Below are positions 17,463 through 26,468 of a DNA stretch of 32,000 bases, in pieces (positions within the stretch are counted from its first letter, which is position 1; every line of letters begins with the position of its first letter). Location of the stretch: assembly GCA_051647765.1 (NCBI GenBank), contig JBOFEH010000062.1, forward strand, positions 77,132-109,131, given 5' to 3'. This DNA comes from Cellulosilyticaceae bacterium (lineage in GTDB: Bacteria; Bacillota; Clostridia; Lachnospirales; Cellulosilyticaceae). Below the pieces are notes generated by a model. The model was not told the DNA's origin. It searched no databases and saw only the letters and a program-made list of their open reading frames with translations. The translations under genes and the position numbers were made by a program.

Positions 17463-17492
17463 TTGGAAAAGATGTGGGAAATATGATAAAAT
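17463..17492 (+). promoter_or_regulatory. Candidate sigma-A promoter of the pilus operon
   Basis: TTGGAA (17463-17468), 18-nt spacer, extended -10 TGaTAAAAT (17484-17492). Its position excludes the in-frame ATGs at 17458 and 17491 as pilC starts. Confidence 0.5.
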
Positions 17493-17526
17493 GGGAAACA
17501 TCTCTAGAAGTAGAGGAGGACTTGAT

Positions 17527-18723
17527 TTGGCAGAATATAGCTACATAGCAAAAGACAACAATAATGAGACTACCAAAGGTCATATTGTTGCAAAAGATAA
17601 AAAAGAATTTTATGAAGGTTTAAGTCGTAAGGGGCTTTATTGCACATCCTATACTATAAAAAATGAAAAGGTTAAAATATATGAAAAACCGGTACAACTA
17701 AAGGATTTGGTGATTATGTGTCGGCAGTTTGGAACCATGTTAGACTCTGGCGTATCTGTTGTGAAAGCCATCGATATTCTTTATGAACAGGCCGATAAAC
17801 CCTACCTTAAAACACTTTTTTTTGAAATTTATGAAGATGTCCAAAAAGGAAATACTATTTCCTCGGCAATGAAAAAACATGAAGGGGCTTTTCCTAATTT
17901 GTTTATTAGTATGATTGAGAGTGGTGAGGCCAGTGGAACATTAGACCTTGCTATGATGAAACTTGGAACGCACTATGAAAAAGAAAATATACTCCGTAAT
18001 AAGACACGTACAGCAATGATTTATCCTACCATTTTGGCATGTGTTGCCAGTGTAGTAATTTTGATCCTCATGTTATTTGTAGTGCCTAACTTTTTTGAGC
18101 TCTTTACAGATGATTTGGCGCAGCTTCCATGGAATACAAGGCTTTTGATTCAGATGAGTCAAGCACTCATAACCCATTGGATTCCTATTCTGATAGGTGT
18201 TTTGATAAGTATTGTAGGTGGCATCATACTTCTTAAGAATAGTAAAGTAAGAGAGAATTTCGATAGTTTTAAACTAGATATTCCTATTATAGGGAAGCTC
18301 TATCAGACCATTTTGAGTGCTAGGTTTGCTCAAACTATGGCAACTTTGTATCTAAGTGGGATTTCCCTGATTGAGGCACTTACTATTACACAAAAAGTAT
18401 TGGGAAATAAGGCAATGGATAATGGGTTTGAAGCGGCCAAAGAAAATATTATTAGGGGGATGAGTTTGTCTGAAGCCATTCAAGAAATGGACTTTTTCCC
18501 ACCTATGTTATCACAAATGATTTATATTGGTGAGGAGTCAGGAAGCCTCGATCAAGTACTAGAGAAGACTTCTAAGTTTTATGAAGAAGAGGCAGAGACG
18601 GCGATTCAAAAGATGGTATCACTACTAGAGCCAACAATGATCGTTATTTTAGGTATTATTGTAGGGTTTATTATCGCATCAGTATTACCACCTATTTATG
18701 ATATGTTTCAGAATATAGGTTAG
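17527..18723 (+). CDS. pilC: Type IV pilus platform protein PilC (GspF family)
   Basis: Two GspF repeats are present (QFGTMLDSGVSVVKAIDIL.. and FAQTMATLYLSGISLIEAL..), with 3 TM segments. The N-terminus AEYSYIAKDNNNETTKGHI is typical. TTG start at 17527 lies 7 nt after GGAGGA. Confidence 0.9.
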   Translation: MAEYSYIAKDNNNETTKGHIVAKDKKEFYEGLSRKGLYCTSYTIKNEKVKIYEKPVQLKDLVIMCRQFGTMLDSGVSVVKAIDILYEQADKPYLKTLFFEIYEDVQKGNTISSAMKKHEGAFPNLFISMIESGEASGTLDLAMMKLGTHYEKENILRNKTRTAMIYPTILACVASVVILILMLFVVPNFFELFTDDLAQLPWNTRLLIQMSQALITHWIPILIGVLISIVGGIILLKNSKVRENFDSFKLDIPIIGKLYQTILSARFAQTMATLYLSGISLIEALTITQKVLGNKAMDNGFEAAKENIIRGMSLSEAIQEMDFFPPMLSQMIYIGEESGSLDQVLEKTSKFYEEEAETAIQKMVSLLEPTMIVILGIIVGFIIASVLPPIYDMFQNIG

Positions 18724-18742
18724 GGGTAGAAAAGAGGACAAC

Positions 18743-20257
18743 ATGTTATTAACAATTGATATAGGAAGTAAATATATTCATTTAGTAGAAGGCGAATATA
18801 AAAATAAGAAGTTACATATTAAAAGAGAAATCAAAGCACTCACACCAGCAGAGTGTATCAGTGAAGGTCAAATAACTGATTTTTCAAGGCTCAAAATAGC
18901 GCTCAAAGAGATTTTGAAAGAGCATGGGATTAAGACACAAAAAGTGAGTCTAACAATAGAGGCGGAGCAGCTTATTGAGCGGGAGGTTATTATTCCGAGG
19001 GTCAAGGAAAAGGAGATTTATACAGTACTAGAAGGTCAGCTTGTTCAAATGATAGGCATAGAAGAGCCCTATATTATCACCTATACAGACGTTACAATCC
19101 TAGACGAAAAGATGCAGAAAGTTCATTTTGCAGCATTGCCTCAAACAATGATAGCAGATTATAAAAGGCTTTTAGAAGAACTCAAAATGAAGCCTGTGGG
19201 TATTCAGATGCACCAAACGGCCATTGGCAATTTTGTTAAGGAGACACTTACTATTGAGAAGGGGCAAGCTATTGTTGCGGATATAGGGAACCGTTATCTT
19301 AATCTGCATCTTATACAGAATGGAGAGCGGACGTTTAGTCAGACTAAGAGGATTAATACAGATCAGTGTGAACGGACACTTTTATCTGTAAGGCGTATTC
19401 AAGAGGAAAACAAAGATTTCTATGACTTGAATCTGAGTCAGGAGGCTTTAGAAGAAGATATTATTTTAGATACGACAATGAGACCTTATTTGACTCAAAT
19501 TGTACAGGAGATCATTCGCATGATGCAGTATCAGCTGACCATAGACCAGACGAAATCCGTGCAAGAAATTTATTTATGTGGAGGGATGAGTCAATTAAAA
19601 GGTTTGCAGTGTTATATTGAAGAATACATAGGGCTTCCAGTAAAAACAGTTGAGAAGCATCCATTATCTTGCAATGCAATAGGTGCATTGTGGATTACTC
19701 AGGATTTCTTGAGACGGTATCAACAAGTTGAAAAAGAGCGTAGAACACTTTCAAAACGTACAGTGGGGCGACTTGTAGTGCTAGGACTATTAATGCTAGG
19801 GATTATGAGTAGTATGCTTATGTTGGTGGGGCTCAAAACTACTGCATTGGCACAAAGCCAACAGATTGAAAACTTTTTGGCTTCCCCAGATATCAGAGAA
19901 AAGCTAGAGATAGCAGCAATCAAAGAGAACCGATTGACGCAGATGAGAAGCTATACAAAAGCTGTTCATGAGGCAACGCAGGCTATTGAATCCATGTTAC
20001 CTATGACAAAAGAGGTGTGGATGGACCTTAATAGCCGGATGCCCAATGCTGTGAAGATTAATAAGGTGAGTTATCAAAAAGGAGAATTAATCCTTACTTG
20101 TGAAGCTATCACAAAAGATGATATTAACTTATTGGTAAGGGCACTAAGATTAGCAGAGTGGGTTCATGATGTGACCTATAGTGGCTATGTCAAAACAGAA
20201 GTGGCCTATCAGTTCCAACTTGCTATTGCTATAGCACAAGGAGGTGAGTCAAAATGA
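18743..20257 (+). CDS. pilM: PilM-PilN fusion (actin-like ATPase-fold assembly protein fused to a TM/PilN-like domain)
   Basis: The N-terminus LLTIDIGSKYIHLVEGEY and ..IYLCGGMSQLKGL.. are PilM/FtsA-like. A TM helix (VGRLVVLGLLMLGIMSSMLMLVGL) follows at about residue 340, then a PilN-like domain of about 140 aa. The same fusion is known in clostridial T4P loci. Confidence 0.8.
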   Translation: MLLTIDIGSKYIHLVEGEYKNKKLHIKREIKALTPAECISEGQITDFSRLKIALKEILKEHGIKTQKVSLTIEAEQLIEREVIIPRVKEKEIYTVLEGQLVQMIGIEEPYIITYTDVTILDEKMQKVHFAALPQTMIADYKRLLEELKMKPVGIQMHQTAIGNFVKETLTIEKGQAIVADIGNRYLNLHLIQNGERTFSQTKRINTDQCERTLLSVRRIQEENKDFYDLNLSQEALEEDIILDTTMRPYLTQIVQEIIRMMQYQLTIDQTKSVQEIYLCGGMSQLKGLQCYIEEYIGLPVKTVEKHPLSCNAIGALWITQDFLRRYQQVEKERRTLSKRTVGRLVVLGLLMLGIMSSMLMLVGLKTTALAQSQQIENFLASPDIREKLEIAAIKENRLTQMRSYTKAVHEATQAIESMLPMTKEVWMDLNSRMPNAVKINKVSYQKGELILTCEAITKDDINLLVRALRLAEWVHDVTYSGYVKTEVAYQFQLAIAIAQGGESK

Positions 20258-20907
20258 AATTAACCCAAAGAGAACAGGGCTTACTTTTTGTATTGGCTCT
20301 AGTGACATTAGGTGTAGGTGGTATTTATTTTGGTGTGATGCCTATGCTAGAGAAGTATGAACAGGCCAAGGTGATTCTAGAAGAGAATATCCAAAAACAG
20401 ATGGAAGCCCAAATATTATTAGATAAAGCAGTAGGAATTGATCAAAAGATAGAACAAGCAAAACAGGAGGCCCAAGTAGCAAGTCGCTCTTTTTTGAAGC
20501 CTTTAAAGCCAGAGGCTATTGATGATTGGATACATGAATTGGCCCAAAACGCAGGTGTACATATTATCAAAAATACGATGAGTGAGCCTTTTGTAAAAGA
20601 ACCGGAGTTTTATAGACCGGAAGAGACGCTTTTGAATTACCCTATAAAACAATATTTTGAGAAGGCCTATGATTTAGAAATGCAAGTGGAGCAAAAGGCC
20701 AAAACCCAAGTAACCAAGGAGTCTAGGGTAAGTCAGGTGAGTATACAACTAGGCGTCAAAGGTACGGATCATCAAATCATAGGGTTTATAGATGCACTTA
20801 CTCAGAGTGGGTTTCATGTGAGGGTAGAGCAGTTTGGATTAGGGCAAGAGCAGTCACAGATTCATATCACGCTGTATATGATTGAGCAAGAAGAGGGGCA
20901 AGAGTGA
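20254..20907 (+). CDS. pilO: PilO-like pilus assembly protein
   Basis: N-terminal TM helix (LLFVLALVTLGVGGIYFGVM), then a coiled coil (EQAKVILEENIQKQMEAQILLDKA...), then a globular C-terminal domain. ATGA overlap with pilMN. Confidence 0.65.
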   Translation: MKLTQREQGLLFVLALVTLGVGGIYFGVMPMLEKYEQAKVILEENIQKQMEAQILLDKAVGIDQKIEQAKQEAQVASRSFLKPLKPEAIDDWIHELAQNAGVHIIKNTMSEPFVKEPEFYRPEETLLNYPIKQYFEKAYDLEMQVEQKAKTQVTKESRVSQVSIQLGVKGTDHQIIGFIDALTQSGFHVRVEQFGLGQEQSQIHITLYMIEQEEGQE

Positions 20908-21218
20908 TGAGAGAGCCAAAAGGATTTACACTACTTGAGCTGATAGTGAGTTTGGCTATTGTGACAATGGTTGCAGCGATGTTGGTTGGAATGATGGGAA
21001 TAGGTGGCAAAGTGGGCTATAAGGCATACCGTAGTACTGAGTCAAGTATGCGTGCAGCAAGACAGTTGAATGAGGAGCGTGATACACTTCGTAACGCATA
21101 TTCATTTTCTATGACTTTTAAGGGGATTAATGAGGTGTTTGAGATTCGTCAAGAGGGTGAAATCTTAACTTATCAAGAAGGAGAGGTAACCTATGTTAAA
21201 TTTAAACCCTTTTTCTAG
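20907..21218 (+). CDS. Minor prepilin (prepilin-type N-terminal cleavage/methylation domain)
   Basis: MREPKG|FTLLELIVSLAIVTMVAAML, with Gly-1 and Glu+5. TGATG overlap with pilO. Confidence 0.8.
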   Translation: MREPKGFTLLELIVSLAIVTMVAAMLVGMMGIGGKVGYKAYRSTESSMRAARQLNEERDTLRNAYSFSMTFKGINEVFEIRQEGEILTYQEGEVTYVKFKPFF

Positions 21219-21783
21219 GAGGGGACCTCAATGCAAGGGGCTTTCTTTGGTAGAGGTACTGGTGGTTGTAGCATTGATAGGGATGATGTCACTGCTTATA
21301 TTGCAAATGATGGGAGCTGGTGGAGGGGTGGTTGCAACACATCAAAAACAGATGGACCGTAGTAGTAATGCCTTGGTATTGGAGCAGGTCATCAAAGAGC
21401 GACTAGGGTTTGCGGGGGAAGCCAAAATAATAGGGAAGAGAGAGTACCCCTTAGAACAACAAGTGTTTTTTGAGGATTTGCAAGATTTGCGTGTAGGGGA
21501 AGAGGCGTTAGTCCATTATTACATAGCCAAAGAGAATGAACTTATTTATGCAATGTATGAGACGAATGGGCAATTAGTAGAGTGCCATACATTAGCAATG
21601 CCTTATCCAATAAGGGTTCAATTTAAACAAGTTAAGGGATATCCGTATTTAATAGAAGTAGATGTTTTTTTGGAGGAGGAGGAAGTCTTTACAACACAGG
21701 TGGAATTGATGAATTTTTTAGCCAACCAAACCATAAAGGGGAATACGGAAGGACAATCTATACTATGGATAACCAAAAAATAA
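21193..21783 (+). CDS. Minor prepilin-like protein
   Basis: ..GPQCKG|LSLVEVLVVVALIGMMSLLIL, with Gly-1 and Glu+5. GGAGAGG SD lies before ATG 21193. It overlaps the preceding gene by 26 nt. Confidence 0.7.
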   Translation: MLNLNPFSRRGPQCKGLSLVEVLVVVALIGMMSLLILQMMGAGGGVVATHQKQMDRSSNALVLEQVIKERLGFAGEAKIIGKREYPLEQQVFFEDLQDLRVGEEALVHYYIAKENELIYAMYETNGQLVECHTLAMPYPIRVQFKQVKGYPYLIEVDVFLEEEEVFTTQVELMNFLANQTIKGNTEGQSILWITKK

Positions 21784-23108
21784 GAAAGGGAATGGCAATA
21801 GTGAGAAATCCTAAAAAGGGTAATATACTGATGATTACGGTAATTTTATTTGCTGTCACAATGATTTTGGGGACAGGGCTTTTGACAAAAGCAATCTCCA
21901 CTCAAAATATAAGTAGAGATCAGGTGGTGAGGCAACAAGGGTATTATGTTGCTAAGTCAGCACTAGATGTGTGTAAAGCCGCGATAGAACAAAAAGATTC
22001 TCAGATGATAGGTCTACTAAAGCAAGTTTTAGAAGAGCAGCCGACTATACAAACCGATTGGGAACAATTTGAACAGACAGCCTATGAGTATCAAGTGACT
22101 ATTTCTAGGAGTAACAGTGAGCCAAATGAGCTGATGTTAGAAGCTATATCGAGATGTGACGGGGTCATCATAGAGCGCTTACAAGGGGTTGTCTCCAAAA
22201 AGGGAGGGCTGCAGCAAGAAGGCTATACCAAAGAGGAGCTGTTACAACAAATCATGCCACTTGTGCCTGCTGAGGGGAGTTGGGATGGTACAGTACTCAA
22301 AATTAACCATGATGTCAATGAGGATATCGTGACTGATGCTGCTGTTGAAGTGATGGGAAAAGTCAATGCTAATATCACTGCACAAGGAAATATAAAAATT
22401 AGTGGAATTGTTAATGGAAATATTGTATCAGGTGGAAATGTGGTAATAAATGATGGTGGAAATTATAGCGGCAGGGGCAAAGGAACGGTTCGGGCTGCTG
22501 GTGCAATCAAAATAGCGGAGCTTTTTGAGGGAAGTGTCGTATCAGGTGATTCGATAGAATTTTCAAGACATGCTTCATCGGGTGATAGTGGCTATATTTA
22601 TAGTGTGAATCATGTCATTACGAGAGAAAATCTTGAAGGGAATATCAAAGCTGCTGGTGGGATTTTGGTTAATGGAAAATTCATTGGAGAGAGTTATAGC
22701 CATGAAGGGACCAAAGTAACCCAAGGAGATACAAGAGGTAGACATGGAAGTAATGGACATATTTCGCTAGATAATAGCTTATGGGGTAATCTGTATTCAA
22801 AAAGGAGTATAGCTATTGAAGGTAAGATTCACCCTTTAGAGGGTAATGCTGAGGCATCGGGTATCTGTGCAGGAGAGGATGTGATCTTATCGGTATCCAA
22901 TCAGGCTAATATTTGTGTAGGCGGCGTATTAACTGTCAAAGATACATTCCGTGGTTTTGTATGTGGCGGATTAAATTTCCCTGGCTGGATTCCTCTTCCA
23001 GAACAGTGTCTAGAACCCATATTGCCAGGGGGAGACAGGCATCATCATGCCTGGTGTTATGGGAGCGGCGGACAAGAGGAACAATTTGTATTTGAAAAAT
23101 ATCAGTAA
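21765..23108 (+). CDS. PilX_N-type minor-pilin-like protein fused to a beta-helix (bactofilin-like repeat) domain. Positional analogue of the large clostridial minor pilin PilK.
   Basis: The N-terminus KKGNILMITVILFAVTMILGTGLLTKAISTQNISRDQVVRQQGYYVAKSALD resembles PilX_N. Residues about 185-400 carry short Gly/Val/Ile/Asn repeats: ITAQGNIKISGIVNGNIVSGGNVVINDGGNY, VRAAGAIKIAELFEGSVVSGDSIEF, EGNIKAAGGILVNGKFIGE. The true start may be ATG 21792 or GTG 21801. Confidence 0.6.
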   Translation: MDNQKIRKGMAIVRNPKKGNILMITVILFAVTMILGTGLLTKAISTQNISRDQVVRQQGYYVAKSALDVCKAAIEQKDSQMIGLLKQVLEEQPTIQTDWEQFEQTAYEYQVTISRSNSEPNELMLEAISRCDGVIIERLQGVVSKKGGLQQEGYTKEELLQQIMPLVPAEGSWDGTVLKINHDVNEDIVTDAAVEVMGKVNANITAQGNIKISGIVNGNIVSGGNVVINDGGNYSGRGKGTVRAAGAIKIAELFEGSVVSGDSIEFSRHASSGDSGYIYSVNHVITRENLEGNIKAAGGILVNGKFIGESYSHEGTKVTQGDTRGRHGSNGHISLDNSLWGNLYSKRSIAIEGKIHPLEGNAEASGICAGEDVILSVSNQANICVGGVLTVKDTFRGFVCGGLNFPGWIPLPEQCLEPILPGGDRHHHAWCYGSGGQEEQFVFEKYQ

Positions 23109-23122
23109 AGGAGGTGGAAACT

Positions 23123-24808
23123 TTGAAAAGACATTTAAAAATCGGTGATTTATTAGTGGAAGAAAACAAAATTACACAAGACCAATTGTTAGTAGCTCTC
23201 GGGCTTCAAAAGGGAGAAAAGAGTGGGCAAAAATTAGGTGATATTTTGGTTGGAGAGGGCTATCTTACAGAAAGGCAATTGATGGAGGTATTGGCTAAGA
23301 GACTAAAACTAGAGTTTCGTGATTTGAGTAATCAAACGATTGATACAGCTACTGTGAATTTACTCGACGAAAGTATTGCCAAACAATATGGGTTGGTGCC
23401 TATTGATAGAGAGGGACAAACATTGACTATAGCTATGAGTGACCCTATGAATCTATTGGCCATAGAGGATGTGCGTGTTGCCACCAAAATGAATATTATT
23501 TCGGTGATCTCTACACCGACAGAGATTAGGAGTATCATCGAGAGATGCTATAGTGGGCAGCAGGCACTCAGTGCAGCCCAACAACTAGAGCGTGAGTATC
23601 AAGAGTCTGAGATGATGTCACTAGAAGAGCTCACATCAGAGAATGTAGAAAATGCGCCCGTGGTTAAGATGGTCAACTCTATTTTACTGCAAGGGATTAA
23701 GCTTGGCGCAAGTGATATTCATATCGAGGCCAATCAAGATGAAACCAGAGTAAGAATGAGGATTGATGGGCAGCTACAAGAACAAATTAAGCTAGGTATT
23801 AGAACCCATGAGGCACTCATCACGAGGCTCAAAATCATGGGGAATATGAATATTGCTGAGAAGCGTATCCCGCAAGATGGTCGTTGTGAAGTGGTCATTG
23901 ATGGTCAAAAAGTAGATATGCGTCTTGCATCGATTCCTGGGATTGATGGTGAAAAAATGGTGCTCCGTATATTAGGCACTCAACATACTCAAATAAGGGG
24001 CAAAGAACAGCTTGGGCTTACCCCACACAATATGACGTTGTTTGATAAAATGATAGAGAGTCCAAATGGGATTATATTAGTAACAGGCCCAACTGGAAGT
24101 GGGAAATCCACCACGCTTTATGCAGTCCTCAAGGCGCTTAATGGGGTAGAAGATAATATCATTACATTGGAAGACCCTGTAGAAAAACGCATTAAAGGTG
24201 TGACACAAGTTCAGATTAATCCAAAGGCAGGACTTACTTTTGCCAGTGGCTTAAGAGCCATATTAAGACAAGACCCTAATATTATTATGGTAGGAGAAAT
24301 TAGGGATAAAGAGACAGCTCAGATTGCTATACGTGCAGCTATTACAGGGCATTTGGTGTTTTCAACACTTCATACCAATGATGCTGTGACGACAGTGATG
24401 CGATTAATGGATATGGGTGTAGAGCCATACCTTGTAGCATCGGCCTTAGTGGGTGTGGTTGCCCAGAGGTTGGTGAGGGTGTGCTGTGACAAATGCAAAC
24501 ATGCGTATAGCCCTTCTATCAAAGAACGGCAATTAATAACCATTGATGACCAAACATTATTGTACAAAGGGCGTGGCTGTCAACATTGTAACTTCACAGG
24601 CTACAAGGGAAGGGCAGCCATCCATGAGATTATAACAGTGGGACAAGAAATGAAAGACTTGATTGCTAGTGGTGCGACAACAGAACAACTGCGTGTGTAC
24701 TGTCAAAATAAAGAGGTGAAATTTTTGGAAAGCCATATGAGAGCACTTGTGCTAGCTGGAGAGACCACAAGTGAAGAATATGCTAAAGTAACATATCGTA
24801 TAGACTAG
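23123..24808 (+). CDS. pilB: Type IV pilus assembly ATPase PilB (GspE family) with N-terminal MshEN-like domain
   Basis: Walker A is GPTGSGKST, Walker B is DPNIIMVGEIRD, the His box is TGHLVFSTLHTND and the tetracysteine motif is CCDKCKH...CQHCNFTGYKGR. TTG 23123 lies 8 nt after AAGGAGG. GTG 23114 is inside the SD. Confidence 0.95.
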   Translation: MKRHLKIGDLLVEENKITQDQLLVALGLQKGEKSGQKLGDILVGEGYLTERQLMEVLAKRLKLEFRDLSNQTIDTATVNLLDESIAKQYGLVPIDREGQTLTIAMSDPMNLLAIEDVRVATKMNIISVISTPTEIRSIIERCYSGQQALSAAQQLEREYQESEMMSLEELTSENVENAPVVKMVNSILLQGIKLGASDIHIEANQDETRVRMRIDGQLQEQIKLGIRTHEALITRLKIMGNMNIAEKRIPQDGRCEVVIDGQKVDMRLASIPGIDGEKMVLRILGTQHTQIRGKEQLGLTPHNMTLFDKMIESPNGIILVTGPTGSGKSTTLYAVLKALNGVEDNIITLEDPVEKRIKGVTQVQINPKAGLTFASGLRAILRQDPNIIMVGEIRDKETAQIAIRAAITGHLVFSTLHTNDAVTTVMRLMDMGVEPYLVASALVGVVAQRLVRVCCDKCKHAYSPSIKERQLITIDDQTLLYKGRGCQHCNFTGYKGRAAIHEIITVGQEMKDLIASGATTEQLRVYCQNKEVKFLESHMRALVLAGETTSEEYAKVTYRID

Positions 24809-24820
24809 AAGGGGAATAGC

Positions 24821-25879
24821 ATGACTATTGAAGGATTATTACATGAGGCAATGGAGATGGGGTGTTCAGATCTTCATCTGACAGTAGGATTGCCACCTAT
24901 GGGCAGATTAAATGGTGGGATTAGAAGGTTAGGAGAATATGAGCTGCTCACACGAGATACCATACAAACACTGGTTTATAGTATGCTGACAAAGGAGCGG
25001 ATCGAGCAGTTACAGTGTAAAGGAGATGTGGATTTCTCTTTTGCGCTGGAAGGAATAGGGCGATTTAGAGTGAATGCATTTAAACAACGTGGAAGCTGTG
25101 GAGCGGTGATTAGACTACTTGTAGGTGGGATTAGATCATTGGTAGAGCTAGGTATGCCGCAAATTATAGGAGAATTAGCGCTCAAGCCAAGAGGGTTAGT
25201 GCTGGTGACAGGACCTACAGGCAGTGGCAAGTCCACAACATTAGCGGCTATGATTGACTATATTAATAAAACAAGACGGGCCCATGTGATGACGATAGAG
25301 GATCCTATAGAATATGTTTATCGTCATGGAAGTAGTATTATTAATCAACGGGAAGTTGGTGAAGATGTAGAGAGTTTTTCACGGGCACTTAGGGCTGCAT
25401 TAAGAGAGGATCCAGATGTAATTTTGGTAGGAGAAATGCGTGATTTAGAGACGATACAGGCAGCTATTACAGCAGCAGAGACAGGACACCTTGTTTTATC
25501 CACACTTCATACCAAAGGGGCTGTGAGTACGGTGGATCGTATGATAGATATTTTTCCGGCTAGTCAACAAAGACAAGTCCGTGTGCAACTCGCCAATGTA
25601 CTAGAAGGCATTGTCACCCAAAATTTGATCCCTAGAATAGATGGGAATGGACGTGTTGTAGGCATGGAAATATTAACCATGAATGATGCAGTACGCAATC
25701 TGATCAGAGAAGAAAAAGTCCATCAAATTCAATCTGTCATGCAAACACATATCAAACAAGGGATGCAGCCTATGGATTATCATTTGGCACAGCTTGTCAG
25801 ACAGCAGATCATTAGTTTGACAGAGGCTATGAATCAGGCCATGGATACGGAAAGCCTCAAAAGGTATTTAAATTATTAG
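24821..25879 (+). CDS. pilT: Type IV pilus retraction ATPase PilT
   Basis: 352 aa with SDLHLTVGLPP, GPTGSGKSTTLAAMID, DPDVILVGEMRD, TGHLVLSTLHT and the pilT-type GMQPMD region. Confidence 0.95.
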   Translation: MTIEGLLHEAMEMGCSDLHLTVGLPPMGRLNGGIRRLGEYELLTRDTIQTLVYSMLTKERIEQLQCKGDVDFSFALEGIGRFRVNAFKQRGSCGAVIRLLVGGIRSLVELGMPQIIGELALKPRGLVLVTGPTGSGKSTTLAAMIDYINKTRRAHVMTIEDPIEYVYRHGSSIINQREVGEDVESFSRALRAALREDPDVILVGEMRDLETIQAAITAAETGHLVLSTLHTKGAVSTVDRMIDIFPASQQRQVRVQLANVLEGIVTQNLIPRIDGNGRVVGMEILTMNDAVRNLIREEKVHQIQSVMQTHIKQGMQPMDYHLAQLVRQQIISLTEAMNQAMDTESLKRYLNY

Positions 25880-25895
25880 ACAAATCGTGTATAAT
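25867..25895 (+). promoter_or_regulatory. Candidate dedicated promoter for pilA
   Basis: Perfect TATAAT at 25890-25895. A weak -35, TTTAAA, lies 17 nt upstream and overlaps the pilT 3' end. An AGGAGGA SD precedes pilA. Confidence 0.45.
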
Positions 25896-25942
25896 GGAAG
25901 ATCTAACACTATACATAAGTGAACTTATAGGAGGACTAGAAA

Positions 25943-26404
25943 ATGACAAAAGGTTTAACTCAAACAAAATCTAAAAAACTCAAAAAAGGATTCACCCTCA
26001 TTGAATTAATCGTTGTAATCGCAATTATTGGTGTATTAGCAACAATGCTTGTACCATCGATGCTTGGGTACGTGAATCAATCAAAAGTAGCAAAAAATGA
26101 TGCCAATGCAAGAACAATCTATACAGCGGCTCAAGCAGCATATACAACCATTGAAAATGCTGAATTTGCACAAGATAATATTCAGTTTCCACAAACAACA
26201 AGAGCAGAAGGCGATACAAGTGATGTGACTGCATTTGTAGCTAAAGTTCAAGAATTAGTGGGGACTTTACCAGGTTCATATGCAATCGATGTAGCAGCGG
26301 GGCAAGGTGTTACAAAAGTTGTATACTCGACAACAGCAGGTGCAACAACAACAGGTGATACAGTAAGTTCATCAACAATTGGTGTTTACCCAAAAGCTGA
26401 GTAA
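25943..26404 (+). CDS. pilA: Major type IV pilin (prepilin)
   Basis: MTKGLTQTKSKKLKKG|FTLIELIVVIAIIGVLATMLVPSM: a 16-aa basic leader, Gly-1, Phe+1, Glu+5. It has its own promoter and a strong terminator. The C-terminal part is S/T-rich and the protein has no cysteines. Confidence 0.9.
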   Translation: MTKGLTQTKSKKLKKGFTLIELIVVIAIIGVLATMLVPSMLGYVNQSKVAKNDANARTIYTAAQAAYTTIENAEFAQDNIQFPQTTRAEGDTSDVTAFVAKVQELVGTLPGSYAIDVAAGQGVTKVVYSTTAGATTTGDTVSSSTIGVYPKAE

Positions 26405-26417
26405 TCTTAGATAAACG

Positions 26418-26468
26418 AAAAGGGGTGTGTTACGTAACATAAAATGGCTACGTAATACACCCCTTTTT
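26418..26468. terminator. Bidirectional intrinsic terminator between pilA (+) and the ndpA-like gene (-)
   Basis: AAAAGGGGTGTGTTACGTA - 12-nt loop - TACGTAATACACCCCTTTTT: a 15-bp stem with one G:U pair, and A/T runs on both sides. Confidence 0.85.

Noticed and set aside
17458-17526. Longer N-terminus for PilC (ATG 17458 or 17491)
   Set aside because: Neither ATG has an SD, and both overlap or precede the predicted -10. TTG 17527 has a GGAGGA SD at ideal spacing and gives the typical PilC N-terminus.
17410-17526. c-di-GMP riboswitch upstream of the pilus operon or of pilA (25880-25942), as in C. difficile pilA1
   Set aside because: The untranslated regions are only about 35-50 nt after the predicted promoters. 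That is far too short for either c-di-GMP riboswitch class, and no conserved riboswitch helices are visible.
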